Source: a virus
Length of the DNA: 64,000 bases
Virus record (IMG/VR): IMGVR_UViG_3300036770_001537
Strand: one strand, 5' to 3'
The notes under the pieces: generated by a model
The model's database searches: none
What the model was told of the DNA's origin: nothing
Seen by the model: only the letters and a program-made list of their open reading frames with translations
Made by a program: the position numbers and the translations under genes
In this document: positions 19,798 to 29,572 of the stretch, piece after piece
Numbering within the stretch: position 1 is the first letter of the stretch
How the letters are laid out: each line of letters opens with the position of its first letter

Positions 19798-21957
19798 TTA
19801 TTTAGCAATCCTATCGACAAATTTCGATAGGAGAACTCGATTTACAGTTTTTTTGTTTGTAAAACGAGTGAACTCTTTGGCAATTCGAGATTTAGTCATT
19901 TTAGAATCTACCTTTAGATTGTCGTTTTGAAACTTCAACTTTGCGACATTCATAATGTAGTATTCATCATAACCGGCACTCGTCACTCCAAAGAAACCGT
20001 CATTCTTCCACTTTGTAGTATTGGCTGCAATCGTTTGTGAACTAAACATATACGAAATATTGTATATGTTACCAGAGTAGAGAAAGAATCCGACCAGATT
20101 GCACCTAGTCCTGTCTTTAAGCACTCGCAGACAAATATCGGTGTTGGAGTCGTTACTAACTGGATAATACACCTTCTTTGTCTTGGTGTCAGTAAGAATG
20201 AGAACCTGTTTCCTACTAACAGAACGAGGCATATTCGTCCTGACCGACCAATAATTAGATGCACCATCGGTCAAAACAATCGTATTGACAATTTGCAACT
20301 TATTCTTCTTCTGGAAATCAAGCACGATCTTATCAAGAGAAAGAATGGCCTGATTCAGCGGAGTATCTGACATAGGTTCGTTGGCATAATGCCCTCCGTT
20401 TGCCATACTCCACAGATGAAACATTGCTTCATTTAGAGTAGCAAGATTCATCCTAGACGAAAGAATATTACGCAGCTTGAACTTATGCATAAAGATGCCA
20501 CTATTAGGGTCTTTGTTAATAACCTGCACTTTAGTACCGGCATCGTCAGAACTACATATAGAGCGGAAGGTAAAGACTTCAAACGGAACCTGAATCCTGT
20601 TGCAGAACATAACTAGACTGAAAAGATGCTTCATTGTTTCTTTGATATTCTCATGCATAGAACCAGACCAATCAAGAAGCATGACAAAGCCATGATTCTT
20701 ACCTTCGGACACGACCGACATTTTACGGAACAAATCCTCATTATACTTGTATGAATGAATTTTATTCATATCAAGCACTCCAGTCTTGGCAATAGAAGTC
20801 CGAGAATACAAATCGGCAGCCTTCTTTTGCTCAAATTCCTTGACCATAAAGGAAACAGCAGCCTTTTCTTGCGTCTTGAACTTAGCCAAATCTTCACGAA
20901 GAATACGGGTCATATCATTCGTGATATAACCAACTTTCTTACGATATTCGAGATTATCTTTCCATTCTTTGAGAACGACTTTGTAATCATCGACAATGTT
21001 AGAATGCACGAACTCAGGAATATCCACATAGACATAATCGACATTTTCACTCTTGATAATCCTATCCTGAGAACTCTTTGACGCACGTTCGGTCAAACTT
21101 TCAGCAGTATCTTCTTCGTCAGAATGTGGAGACTTCTGTTCTTCTGTTTCGTCAATAGGTTCACCGCTATAAGGTGTGCCACTATTAGATTTTGAATCTT
21201 CAGAATCATCTGAATCTTCAGAAAAAGAATCAGAGTCAGAATCAGAATCGGAATCAGAATCGGAATCAGAATCTTCGTCAAACTCCATACCGTCAGATTC
21301 TTCATCAGAATCTTCGATATTCATCGCCATAGAAGGAGCCTGCTTCTTTTCTTCGATACCATAAGAATACATATCACTAGCGATGCTAATAACATCGGAA
21401 AATGTTTCAGCATTCTCAATGCGTGTAACAAACGCCTTTTCAGCATCGGAGAACTTGATATTATATTGTGCACCATTCTTGAAGAAGATGTTGACACGAT
21501 CAATCAGTGGCAAAGAATCGATATCCCGATCCTTTACACCAAAGAAATTTTTATCATGCAGTTCCTTGTAACCGACAACATAGTTACGCTTAGAGCCGGG
21601 ATAACGACGTTTTTGCCGCTTATCGATGCGTGCATCTTCAATAACATTCAAGAAATCCTTGATGTTATTCTTTTGCTTATCAGATGCGTTTGGACCATGC
21701 TTAGAATAAGCAATAGTTTCGATGCCAGTTTCCCAAGCATCGGGGGGTGTATCAAGTGCATGGCCAACTTCATGCACGACAAGCATATCATACAAGTCTT
21801 CGGAAATGTTATGCCATACGGGCAGAACAAGAAGCCGATCTTTGATATCAAAATATGCCGTTCGTGCTGAAGGATTATGTCGCATAGTAATATTTTCAGT
21901 TGCCAAGAGCTTAGCCAACTGAGATTTGATTTCAAAACTGATAGGTGCAGCAGTCAT
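19798..21957 (-). CDS. CobT-like protein: HExxH domain, acidic linker and VWA domain
   Basis: HEVGHAL, NVIEDARI, (DS)n linker, MIDAS DWSGS and LTDG. Confidence 0.85.
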   Translation of the reverse strand: MTAAPISFEIKSQLAKLLATENITMRHNPSARTAYFDIKDRLLVLPVWHNISEDLYDMLVVHEVGHALDTPPDAWETGIETIAYSKHGPNASDKQKNNIKDFLNVIEDARIDKRQKRRYPGSKRNYVVGYKELHDKNFFGVKDRDIDSLPLIDRVNIFFKNGAQYNIKFSDAEKAFVTRIENAETFSDVISIASDMYSYGIEEKKQAPSMAMNIEDSDEESDGMEFDEDSDSDSDSDSDSDSDSFSEDSDDSEDSKSNSGTPYSGEPIDETEEQKSPHSDEEDTAESLTERASKSSQDRIIKSENVDYVYVDIPEFVHSNIVDDYKVVLKEWKDNLEYRKKVGYITNDMTRILREDLAKFKTQEKAAVSFMVKEFEQKKAADLYSRTSIAKTGVLDMNKIHSYKYNEDLFRKMSVVSEGKNHGFVMLLDWSGSMHENIKETMKHLFSLVMFCNRIQVPFEVFTFRSICSSDDAGTKVQVINKDPNSGIFMHKFKLRNILSSRMNLATLNEAMFHLWSMANGGHYANEPMSDTPLNQAILSLDKIVLDFQKKNKLQIVNTIVLTDGASNYWSVRTNMPRSVSRKQVLILTDTKTKKVYYPVSNDSNTDICLRVLKDRTRCNLVGFFLYSGNIYNISYMFSSQTIAANTTKWKNDGFFGVTSAGYDEYYIMNVAKLKFQNDNLKVDSKMTKSRIAKEFTRFTNKKTVNRVLLSKFVDRIAK

Positions 21958-22054
21958 CGAATAACCTCCATCAACGATTGAACACCATATTACGACATTA
22001 TATGATAGAATGCAACATCAATTATCACATACCAGGTATGCAATTTAGCATACC

Positions 22055-23773
22055 TCAAGGTGCACTCAGAACACTGAAGTTCTTTTTCTTACTGAATTTA
22101 ATTGTTCTTTTGAATTTATCTGTCATTTGATCGTGCTTATGACTAATAACAAATACATTAGAATCTCCAATTAAAGACCACATTATTTTCAAAAATTCAT
22201 CTGTTCCAGAATCATCCAATGAACCATCAAATATTTCATCGAAGATCAAAAGATTTGTTGAAACACTACTTCTCATTTTCGATATTTCTCTCCAAGTGAA
22301 TAGTAATGCAAGATCAATTCTAATTTTTTCGCCTTCAGAGAAGTTTTGATATGCAAATTCATCACGATACCGTGATTTGATAGTTTCCTTGAAATTCTCA
22401 TCAATATTAAAATTTACTGAAAAATTCATCTGAGTCAAATACTTATTGATAAGTTTGTTGATCGTGGGAAGATACTGCTTGATAATTTTGGTCTTGATCC
22501 CACCATCTTTTAGTAGATTGACGGAGGTTTCAATATACAACTTTTCGTTCAATAAAGATTCTTTTTCTTTTTCAAGAGTTGCAATTTCATTTTGTATTTT
22601 GAGTAGATCATTTTCATTATTCTCAAGCAGTGAGTTTGATTTTGATAGAGAATCCATTTCTTTTTGAAGTTTGCTTACTTCTTCTGAAAATTGATTGCTT
22701 TTATACTTGTGCTGTGAAATTTGATTGGATAGTTTATTAATAGTTTCTAGTTTATTCTCAATGACTTCTATCTGAAGAACACATGAATCTATCTCAGAAA
22801 CAATCTTGGATATACCATCATTAAGGTCTACGATCTTATTTGTCAGTGAATCGACTTTATTAGACTTAAATGTTTCGTCTATTGCCTGTTTACAAGTTGG
22901 ACAATTGTCGTGTTTCTCAAAAAATGATAATTCGCAAGATTGCTTTTTGTGATTAGTTTCTATTTGTGATTTTAGTGATATTAATTTGGTATGTCGTGAT
23001 TTTAGATTCTTATAAGATGTTGTTTGCTGGAGTATCTCATTTCTTTGATCATCCAAACCTTGAATCTCTTCATTGATCTTTTTAATAGCTTTTTCATATC
23101 TTACCCTTTCGTGTTCCAGTTCTTTTAGTTTCTGATCATCATTTTGCTTCAAAGACTCTATTGTTCTCTTTATGTGATCGCAAGTTTCACTTTTACCGAG
23201 ACTTTCTATTCTATTCTTTTCCAATTTACTTTTATTGTCAGACAACTTCTGTTTGGCAATACTATTCATAACAGAAAAGATTTGAATATCCAGTAGGTCT
23301 TCAATAACAAGTCTACGATCAGCAGCAGATAATTGCATAAATGGTGTAAATGATGCTGATCCTAGAATAACAATCTGAGTGAAGGACTTATAATTCATAC
23401 GAAGGATGAACTTCTCCAGATTATCCTGGTAATCTTTTGTCGCAGAGTCTTGATTCAACAGTTTGTTATCACAATACACTTCAAAAACAGTAGGCTTGAT
23501 ACCTCTTATGACTTTATATTTCTTACCATGAGTATTAAATTCAATCTCTACTACACAATCTTTACCATTTACAGAATTGATAAGATTTGATTTGTTTATA
23601 TTCCTAAAAGATTTGCCGAACAAAGAAAAGGTAAGAGCATCTAGTAATGTGCTCTTACCTGCACCATTGTTTCCTATGATTAGTGTGTTTGGAGTATCGT
23701 CAAGGCATATTTCAGTCCATATGTTGCCAGTTGAAAGAAAATTCTTCCATCTAATCTTTTGAAAAATTATCAT
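22055..23773 (-). CDS. gp46: Recombination ATPase (SbcC/Rad50-like)
   Basis: GNNGAGKST, CPTC hook, FSEGEK and IFDE motifs. Confidence 0.96.
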   Translation of the reverse strand: MIIFQKIRWKNFLSTGNIWTEICLDDTPNTLIIGNNGAGKSTLLDALTFSLFGKSFRNINKSNLINSVNGKDCVVEIEFNTHGKKYKVIRGIKPTVFEVYCDNKLLNQDSATKDYQDNLEKFILRMNYKSFTQIVILGSASFTPFMQLSAADRRLVIEDLLDIQIFSVMNSIAKQKLSDNKSKLEKNRIESLGKSETCDHIKRTIESLKQNDDQKLKELEHERVRYEKAIKKINEEIQGLDDQRNEILQQTTSYKNLKSRHTKLISLKSQIETNHKKQSCELSFFEKHDNCPTCKQAIDETFKSNKVDSLTNKIVDLNDGISKIVSEIDSCVLQIEVIENKLETINKLSNQISQHKYKSNQFSEEVSKLQKEMDSLSKSNSLLENNENDLLKIQNEIATLEKEKESLLNEKLYIETSVNLLKDGGIKTKIIKQYLPTINKLINKYLTQMNFSVNFNIDENFKETIKSRYRDEFAYQNFSEGEKIRIDLALLFTWREISKMRSSVSTNLLIFDEIFDGSLDDSGTDEFLKIMWSLIGDSNVFVISHKHDQMTDKFKRTIKFSKKKNFSVLSAP

Positions 23774-24221
23774 GTTCCCTCAAATAAAAAATACAGTTGT
23801 ATAATATTGACACATCTTCTCTGAGAAGACCTATTCCTGTATTGCAATTACGGCATAATATTTTCCTAACCTTTCCTGTTTTATGACAATGATCCACATG
23901 ACCACAATCCAAAATATTTTTTTTGCAAATATAACATTTATTATCTTGATTCTGTAACATAATTTTAAACTGATCAAGTGTTATACCGAAATTTTTTTGT
24001 AGCTTATAATCTTTTCTTTTTTCAGGAGACCAGCGTTGATTATTTCTTTTTTGTTTAACTTTTTTTTCTTCTAATGTCAATTTATGATATTTTTTTCTAT
24101 AATGTTCATTATAGCAATCATCACATTTACCTCTATAAAGATTACTTCCATTTTTATTTTTTCTTAAAATGCGAAATTGTGATGTTGGTTTTTCGTGTTT
24201 ACATTGAGTGCACGTTTTCAT
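23751..24221 (-). mobile_element. Endonuclease VII-like HNH homing endonuclease
   Basis: CTQC...CDDC; QDNKCYIC...HVDHCHKTGKVRKILCRNCNTGIG. Confidence 0.88.
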
Positions 24222-24251
24222 TAGTGTTCCCTTTCTTAGTGGAAACACTAT

Positions 24252-24302
24252 TTAGTAAAATAAGTTCTTCCACCTAATTTTTTCAAATGTAAGAATAGCC
24301 AA
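24252..24302 (-). pseudogene. Relic 5' end of gp46 upstream of the endonuclease
   Basis: Translates (MA)ILTFEKIRWKNLFY*, compared with gp46 MIIFQKIRWKNFL. Confidence 0.7.
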
Positions 24303-24308
24303 TCTCCA

Positions 24309-25382
24309 TTATTCAATATGTTTCAAGGATACTGCTTCAGTATAAATGTCTCTCATAAACTTTTTCATCTTATCATTATCTACAGGCAGAGTCAAGTTGT
24401 TGATGTATGCGTCAATGATACTTCTGGTATCCTGTATTCCTTCAACAATATCTTCTGATTCATCCAGAAATGAAACATCTTCTATTATTGATATGTCAAT
24501 TGGTGAGACTGTGTGTATTTTGTCAATCAGGGTATCAAACGCATAAGGATTTGTCCTGTTGATACATATAACCTTAACATAAACATTTGAATACTTGCTA
24601 TAGTCTGTTTTATTGATTTCATTTAGTATATCCTTTGTCTTAACATCATCATACACAATCATCTGAAAAATGTTATATGGGCTCTGATAGAACTCAAACT
24701 TTCTTGTATTAGTATCAAAAATAGTGAATCCTCTAGGATCATTATAATCAGACCAAATAAATTCTGCAAAAGCACCAATATAATGAATGTTCTTGGCAGA
24801 AGATTTGTGATGATAGTGACCTGAAAATACAAGATCAAATTTATCATAAACCTTTCTATCTACACCATGATTAGATACAGTTCCTTTGAACATCTCAAAC
24901 CCGTTTAGTTCCAGATGTCCCATGACAACATCACATTTACTGTTCTCAATCAGTTTATATGACTGTTCGTGGTTATCATCGGAAATCCACGGAAGCAGAA
25001 GAATATCTGTTCCATTCACATTGATTTCCGTTGCATTGATATAGGTATTGATTCCTTTATATCTACCAGTTACCATTTCACTCAACGCATTGATATCATT
25101 GGTGTTTTTGTAAAACACATCATGGTTCCCTGCTATGATATGGCAATCAAGGTTTCTATTTTCAACCTGTAAAAGAAAATCTTCACGGATTCTTTTTGAT
25201 GTTAGATAATTGACATATTTTCTCCTGTCAAATAAATCACCAAGATGGACGATTGTCCTGATATCCTGATCGTCAATAATAGAAAAGAACCAATCATAGT
25301 TCTTTTTCATATAGTCATGAAAAACCATGCTGTCATTTCTAATGCCAGCATGGGTATCAGTAATCATAGCAATTTTTGTCAT
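24309..25382 (-). CDS. gp47: Recombination nuclease (SbcD/Mre11-like)
   Basis: DTH, GDLFDRR, GNHD, GHLE and SGHYH motifs. Confidence 0.96.
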   Translation of the reverse strand: MTKIAMITDTHAGIRNDSMVFHDYMKKNYDWFFSIIDDQDIRTIVHLGDLFDRRKYVNYLTSKRIREDFLLQVENRNLDCHIIAGNHDVFYKNTNDINALSEMVTGRYKGINTYINATEINVNGTDILLLPWISDDNHEQSYKLIENSKCDVVMGHLELNGFEMFKGTVSNHGVDRKVYDKFDLVFSGHYHHKSSAKNIHYIGAFAEFIWSDYNDPRGFTIFDTNTRKFEFYQSPYNIFQMIVYDDVKTKDILNEINKTDYSKYSNVYVKVICINRTNPYAFDTLIDKIHTVSPIDISIIEDVSFLDESEDIVEGIQDTRSIIDAYINNLTLPVDNDKMKKFMRDIYTEAVSLKHIE

Positions 25383-25582
25383 TATGCCCTTCTTTTCTTG
25401 GTCTTCCCCATATTTGCCATAGCAACTTCGTCATCATACTTACGAATTGCTTTATCTAACTCTCTGCGAATTTCATCAAGCCTCATTCTATAATTACCAC
25501 GAACATATACATTATCATCGCGGTTCAACATCTCACGAATTAAGTGCTGAACCTGAAACGGAATATTACTCTCTCTTTCCAT
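25382..25582 (-). CDS. Hypothetical protein
   Basis: ORF between gp55 and gp47 with a GAGG SD. Confidence 0.7.
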   Translation of the reverse strand: MERESNIPFQVQHLIREMLNRDDNVYVRGNYRMRLDEIRRELDKAIRKYDDEVAMANMGKTKKRRA

Positions 25583-26129
25583 TGTCTTCCTCATAAAATT
25601 TCTGTAAGCCTACTTTCGCATTCTTACGCTTTTCTTTTTTAAGTTCTTCTTTCTTCTCAAACTTTCTCATAAACTGATGTATGTTATCATATAGTGTGGA
25701 AGAAATCAACTGTCCATCTTCAGAATCTTTAGACTCATAAAGTTGTGTCATTGTCTCTTGAAAATTCTTATAGATTATATATCGATTCTTCTCTTCTTTA
25801 CTTATACGACGAAGAAAAGCATAGTAGATGATCTGTGTAAAGTATGCGAAAGGGTTCTGACCGATAGCAGGATTATAATCCTTGAAGTATAGAATGCAGT
25901 TTTCTATGCCGTCTGAAACCATTTCATCTCTGTATGAGTAATTCACAAAGCAGGGCTTCATGGATAAACGATCTGCAATCTTCCAGATACATTCACCGAT
26001 ATAGTCTGGCATCCTTGGTTCTTCATTCCTACCTGATGCTCTATATTCTTCCAGTTTTTTTCTGTATGCAATGATTTCTTGATAGAATCTTTCATTATCT
26101 ACATATTTCACTTTTTTCTTCTGTTTCAT
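25566..26129 (-). CDS. gp55: Late-transcription sigma factor
   Basis: YVDN, YIGECIWKIA, NYSYRDEMVSDGIENC, NPFAYFTQIIYYAFLRRI. Confidence 0.96.
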   Translation of the reverse strand: MKQKKKVKYVDNERFYQEIIAYRKKLEEYRASGRNEEPRMPDYIGECIWKIADRLSMKPCFVNYSYRDEMVSDGIENCILYFKDYNPAIGQNPFAYFTQIIYYAFLRRISKEEKNRYIIYKNFQETMTQLYESKDSEDGQLISSTLYDNIHQFMRKFEKKEELKKEKRKNAKVGLQKFYEEDNGKRE

Positions 26130-26139
26130 ACATTTTCCT

Positions 26140-26192
26140 CTTGACAACCTTGACAAGCACTATATAATGGCTATGTCAGCCCTTCAATGAAT
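26140..26192 (+). repeat. 53-bp exact repeat, copy 1; contains TTGACA-N16-TATAAT
   Basis: CTTGACAACCTTGACAAGCACTATATAATGGCTATGTCAGCCCTTCAATGAAT, identical to 44496-44548. Confidence 0.95.
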
Positions 26193-26206
26193 ACTATTAG
26201 TTACTA

Positions 26207-26488
26207 TTATACATCAGTTAGTGACTTTAGCTTCTTCATCTGCTTATCAATTACTTCTGCTCTGTTAGGCCATTTAATCATAGGTTTAGATGGGTCTTTA
26301 GCCAAGTTCTCTAGTAGTGGAGTAAAGATAGCATTTACTGCATGTAATCTTTTCCTAAGATCATCTACTTCTTCCTGCAAGGAAGAGTATTGAGTATGTG
26401 ATGCTACAATTTCATCTTCATCAGAGAATGTAAAACCAAAATCATTATTAGTATCATTAACATCTAGGTATTGATTCTTGACTGCCAT
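26207..26488 (-). CDS. Conserved hypothetical protein
   Basis: DFGFTF...PLLENL.KDP...IKWPNR, a pattern seen in T4-like phages. Confidence 0.7.
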   Translation of the reverse strand: MAVKNQYLDVNDTNNDFGFTFSDEDEIVASHTQYSSLQEEVDDLRKRLHAVNAIFTPLLENLAKDPSKPMIKWPNRAEVIDKQMKKLKSLTDV

Positions 26489-26940
26489 CAGTGTAATTTC
26501 CTCTTACCATTCTTAATTTCTTCAAGCATTTCTTTAACATACGATAATTCTGAGTCATCTACTTCAACATCAAACATATCATCAATATCTTCCATTGCTT
26601 TCTTGGAAGACTTTTCTTGTTCTAGATATGTCAATTTGGTTAGTGATTCCCAATAATAATTATCCATTTCATCAGATGCATCTGACATAGTGAGAATATC
26701 ATTTGGATAGATTGTAAATTCTTGTTTAGAGCAAATCTCTGGTAGAACCCATTGTAGTAGAGATAGACTTAGATATCCTGGTCTTGATTGACTCACAGAA
26801 TATACAATTTTTAATGGATTCAGTAGAACATAGTATTCATCATCATCTGTTTTATAGTAAACTACTTCAGACGCTAAATCTTCACCTGTATTGAGTCTGA
26901 TAAATTTAACAGAAGATGAGATTGGTTCTGGCTGGGTCAT
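26488..26940 (-). CDS. Conserved hypothetical protein (Sm-like fold) between uvsW and gp55
   Basis: IRLNTGEDL...LLNPL...LQW; synteny. Confidence 0.65.
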   Translation of the reverse strand: MTQPEPISSSVKFIRLNTGEDLASEVVYYKTDDDEYYVLLNPLKIVYSVSQSRPGYLSLSLLQWVLPEICSKQEFTIYPNDILTMSDASDEMDNYYWESLTKLTYLEQEKSSKKAMEDIDDMFDVEVDDSELSYVKEMLEEIKNGKRKLH

Positions 26941-26945
26941 GTGTA

Positions 26946-28415
26946 TTAGCCTTTCAATTGTATCTTATAGATTTTGAATGAGAATTTTTCTTCAGAATAG
27001 ATTTGAATACGTGAAGAAAAGTGTTTGAGAGTATAGTTTTCTTTTTTACGATAGCGTAGGTCATCTGCAATATCAAATAATGTTGCTTCTGTTTTGGTAT
27101 CAGATTTTCTGAGACTTCTACCAATTGATTGCAGATTTCTAATCCTTGATTTAGATGGGCTGGCAAATATTACATTATGTAGATTCTTTATATTAACTCC
27201 TGTAGAGAATGTTCCATATGAAGCAATGATTATAGCATCTGTTTCAGATTCTACAATCTTTCGTGTTTCTTCACGAACATTTACATTCACATCACCATGA
27301 ATAAAAAATACTTTTCTATCCTTGGCTCTACTATTTATCATGTCATATAATATAGACCCATGTTTATCTACATACTGATATAATATAAGAGTATTACCAT
27401 TCAATGATAATGATAGATTGGATATGAATTTATTTCTTTCTTCATTGAGAACAAGATATTCTATTTCTTGTTGATATGTATAATTTCTTGCCAACTTACA
27501 GCTTTCATCTGAATGTTTGAGAAGAAGGCATTTAATCTTGAAATCAGCAACGTGTTTCTGGTCCATAAGCTCTTTGGTAGTAATGACTTTATGGACCGAA
27601 CCAAATAGTCCTTCCAAAACAAGTTTGTGTGTTTTTGTACCATCAAGTGTGCCTGTAGTACCAATTCTATACTTGGCATTAGTGAGAGATGTCATGATGT
27701 CTGTTAGAGATTTTGCTTTGAACTGGTGTGCTTCGTCACCGATGACAAATCCAAACTTCTTGAAGTATTTGGGAGGGAGTTTGTGTAATGATTGCCAAGT
27801 AGAAATGGTTACTCTTTTGTTGGTATCTTTGTCCTGGCCTTGGTATATTCTATGGACATTATCCTCAACATTCCAACCATTTAGTTCAGAGTAATCTTTG
27901 AAGTCTGAATATAATTGCTCTACCAGAGATATGTTGGGAACAATAATAAGACCTCGTTCTTCAGTCTCAAGAAAATGTCTAAGCATCAAATAGATAATCA
28001 AAGACTTTCCTGATGCTGTTGGTGACAGTAACAATGCTCTTTTTGATCTGACAGCATGAACGAATGCTTCAACCTGATAATCTCTTGGCTGATATTTTGG
28101 ACCTATTGTCTCAATGAATTTATTTGCTTCGTTCAATGAAAATGATGTTGTGGAATCATCATATTTGTATGTATAATTACGACTTTTACAGAATGATATA
28201 ATATGTTGGATAAGTCCTCGGTATATCCTACGATTTCTAACATCCCACAATCTTATCTTTCCGTCCCAAAGACGAGCACGAAATTGTGGTGTGAATTGAG
28301 CCCCCGGAATAGTTAAAGTAAAATAATCTCTAAGCTCATAAGATATTGATTCGTCACACTGTATAGTGACAAAGACTTCGTTTTCATTTTTTATTATTAC
28401 ATCAGCCTCTGCCAT
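26946..28415 (-). CDS. uvsW: SF2 helicase UvsW
   Basis: WDGKIRL, PRDYQ, SPTASGKS, DEAH and QSIGR motifs. Confidence 0.96.
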   Translation of the reverse strand: MAEADVIIKNENEVFVTIQCDESISYELRDYFTLTIPGAQFTPQFRARLWDGKIRLWDVRNRRIYRGLIQHIISFCKSRNYTYKYDDSTTSFSLNEANKFIETIGPKYQPRDYQVEAFVHAVRSKRALLLSPTASGKSLIIYLMLRHFLETEERGLIIVPNISLVEQLYSDFKDYSELNGWNVEDNVHRIYQGQDKDTNKRVTISTWQSLHKLPPKYFKKFGFVIGDEAHQFKAKSLTDIMTSLTNAKYRIGTTGTLDGTKTHKLVLEGLFGSVHKVITTKELMDQKHVADFKIKCLLLKHSDESCKLARNYTYQQEIEYLVLNEERNKFISNLSLSLNGNTLILYQYVDKHGSILYDMINSRAKDRKVFFIHGDVNVNVREETRKIVESETDAIIIASYGTFSTGVNIKNLHNVIFASPSKSRIRNLQSIGRSLRKSDTKTEATLFDIADDLRYRKKENYTLKHFSSRIQIYSEEKFSFKIYKIQLKG

Positions 28416-28854
28416 TAAGATACATTTCCCATTTGATTATGTTGCTCAACTGAAAAGTTCTATTGTTTAATTCTTTCAATACTCTATCACAATAGTCTAC
28501 TATTTCTTGATGAATAACTTTTTTGATTAGAATTTTATTTAGGTCATCATCAGAATCAAGATACGATGGAATATCCTGCCTCATTATCTTCTTCATCTGT
28601 GGTTCCCAACCATATTCTTTCAAGTCTTCTGGATTATTCAAATCACCCATATAATACTCAATCTTCACTTTCTTGAGAGTATTATATTCATATGATAACT
28701 TCTTGACTATTAGGTTATGATGGGATAGTATGTTGAGGTATTTTGAATGAAGGTTGGGTATTCTACTCAATTCTCTTGTAGGATCGGTAGTATCAACTGG
28801 AGAATCATTTAGCCATTCTTCAGATAGGGTATCTATTGTGACTGGTGGTTTCAT
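28402..28854 (-). CDS. uvsY: Recombination mediator UvsY
   Basis: IPNLHSKY...YYMG...R.FQLSNIIKW; adjacent to uvsW. Confidence 0.9.
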   Translation of the reverse strand: MKPPVTIDTLSEEWLNDSPVDTTDPTRELSRIPNLHSKYLNILSHHNLIVKKLSYEYNTLKKVKIEYYMGDLNNPEDLKEYGWEPQMKKIMRQDIPSYLDSDDDLNKILIKKVIHQEIVDYCDRVLKELNNRTFQLSNIIKWEMYLNGRG

Positions 28855-28882
28855 ATTTATAATCCTCTATAAAATAATATTC

Positions 28883-28910
28883 ATTATAAAGGATTATTAT
28901 TATGTGTCAA
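28883..28910 (-). promoter_or_regulatory. Sigma70-like promoter for uvsY
   Basis: TTGACA-N16-TATAAT. Confidence 0.65.
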
Positions 28911-28911
28911 G

Positions 28912-29507
28912 TCATAATCTTTGAATTTTTTCTTTTTTCTTCGTGATATTTTTTCATTCTTAGTGATTGTAGTATTCTATTTTTTTCGTCAGACCAATAC
29001 TTAATCCTTTTATTTTTTTGTTTTTCTTTTACATCTTTGCGTTTGCTTGGATTTTTATCTGGATTATTTTTATAATATTCTGATCTTTTTTTACCTTCTA
29101 TCCTTTATCGCCGGGATACGCATTGGATTTTTATCTGGATTATTCCTATGATAATTTTTAAGACCTTGAGTGTTTTTACCTTTCATATTATTTTTTTGTT
29201 TTTCTGTCATTCTATATCCAGAAGTTCCATCACCACCGTCTGTTCTATTCCTCAATATCCCAGTTCCATTATCTTTACGACCATACCAACGAATTAATCT
29301 GCGTTCTAAAGCAAAAGCACCAAGTTCAGTTAGGTTTGATTCGCATATAATAATCCTTGATTTCTCTTTTGGGATGCTAATAGATTCCTTTTTCCCTTTT
29401 TTAAACAATCTTTTATTTCTACCTTTGCCGATATAATATGGTGTGCCATCTTCACGAAGATATGCATAGACATAGAACTCTAATGAATTTGATTTATAAA
29501 TAGACAT
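28912..29507 (-). mobile_element. GIY-YIG-like homing endonuclease, frameshifted near 29095
   Basis: [18 protein letters not shown]...[10 protein letters not shown]...[10 protein letters not shown]; the +1 frame continues with a second NNPDKNP repeat to TGA at 28912. Confidence 0.8.
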
Positions 29508-29509
29508 GG

Positions 29510-29564
29510 CTGGTGCTCCTGTTTAGCATTAGGGTAGGTAGATGTTGGTAGCATCGTGACCTAC
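29510..29564 (+). ncRNA. Candidate two-hairpin antisense RNA, copy A
   Basis: CUGGUGCU/AGCAUUAG and GUAGGU-A-GAUGU-loop-GCAUC-GUG-ACCUAC; TATAAATA at 29495. Confidence 0.6.
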
Positions 29565-29572
29565 ATTTCTAT

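Noticed and set aside
29510-29564. tRNA, hammerhead or twister identity for the two-hairpin element
   Set aside because: No cloverleaf, no CUGAnGA/GAAA core and no evident pseudoknot pairings
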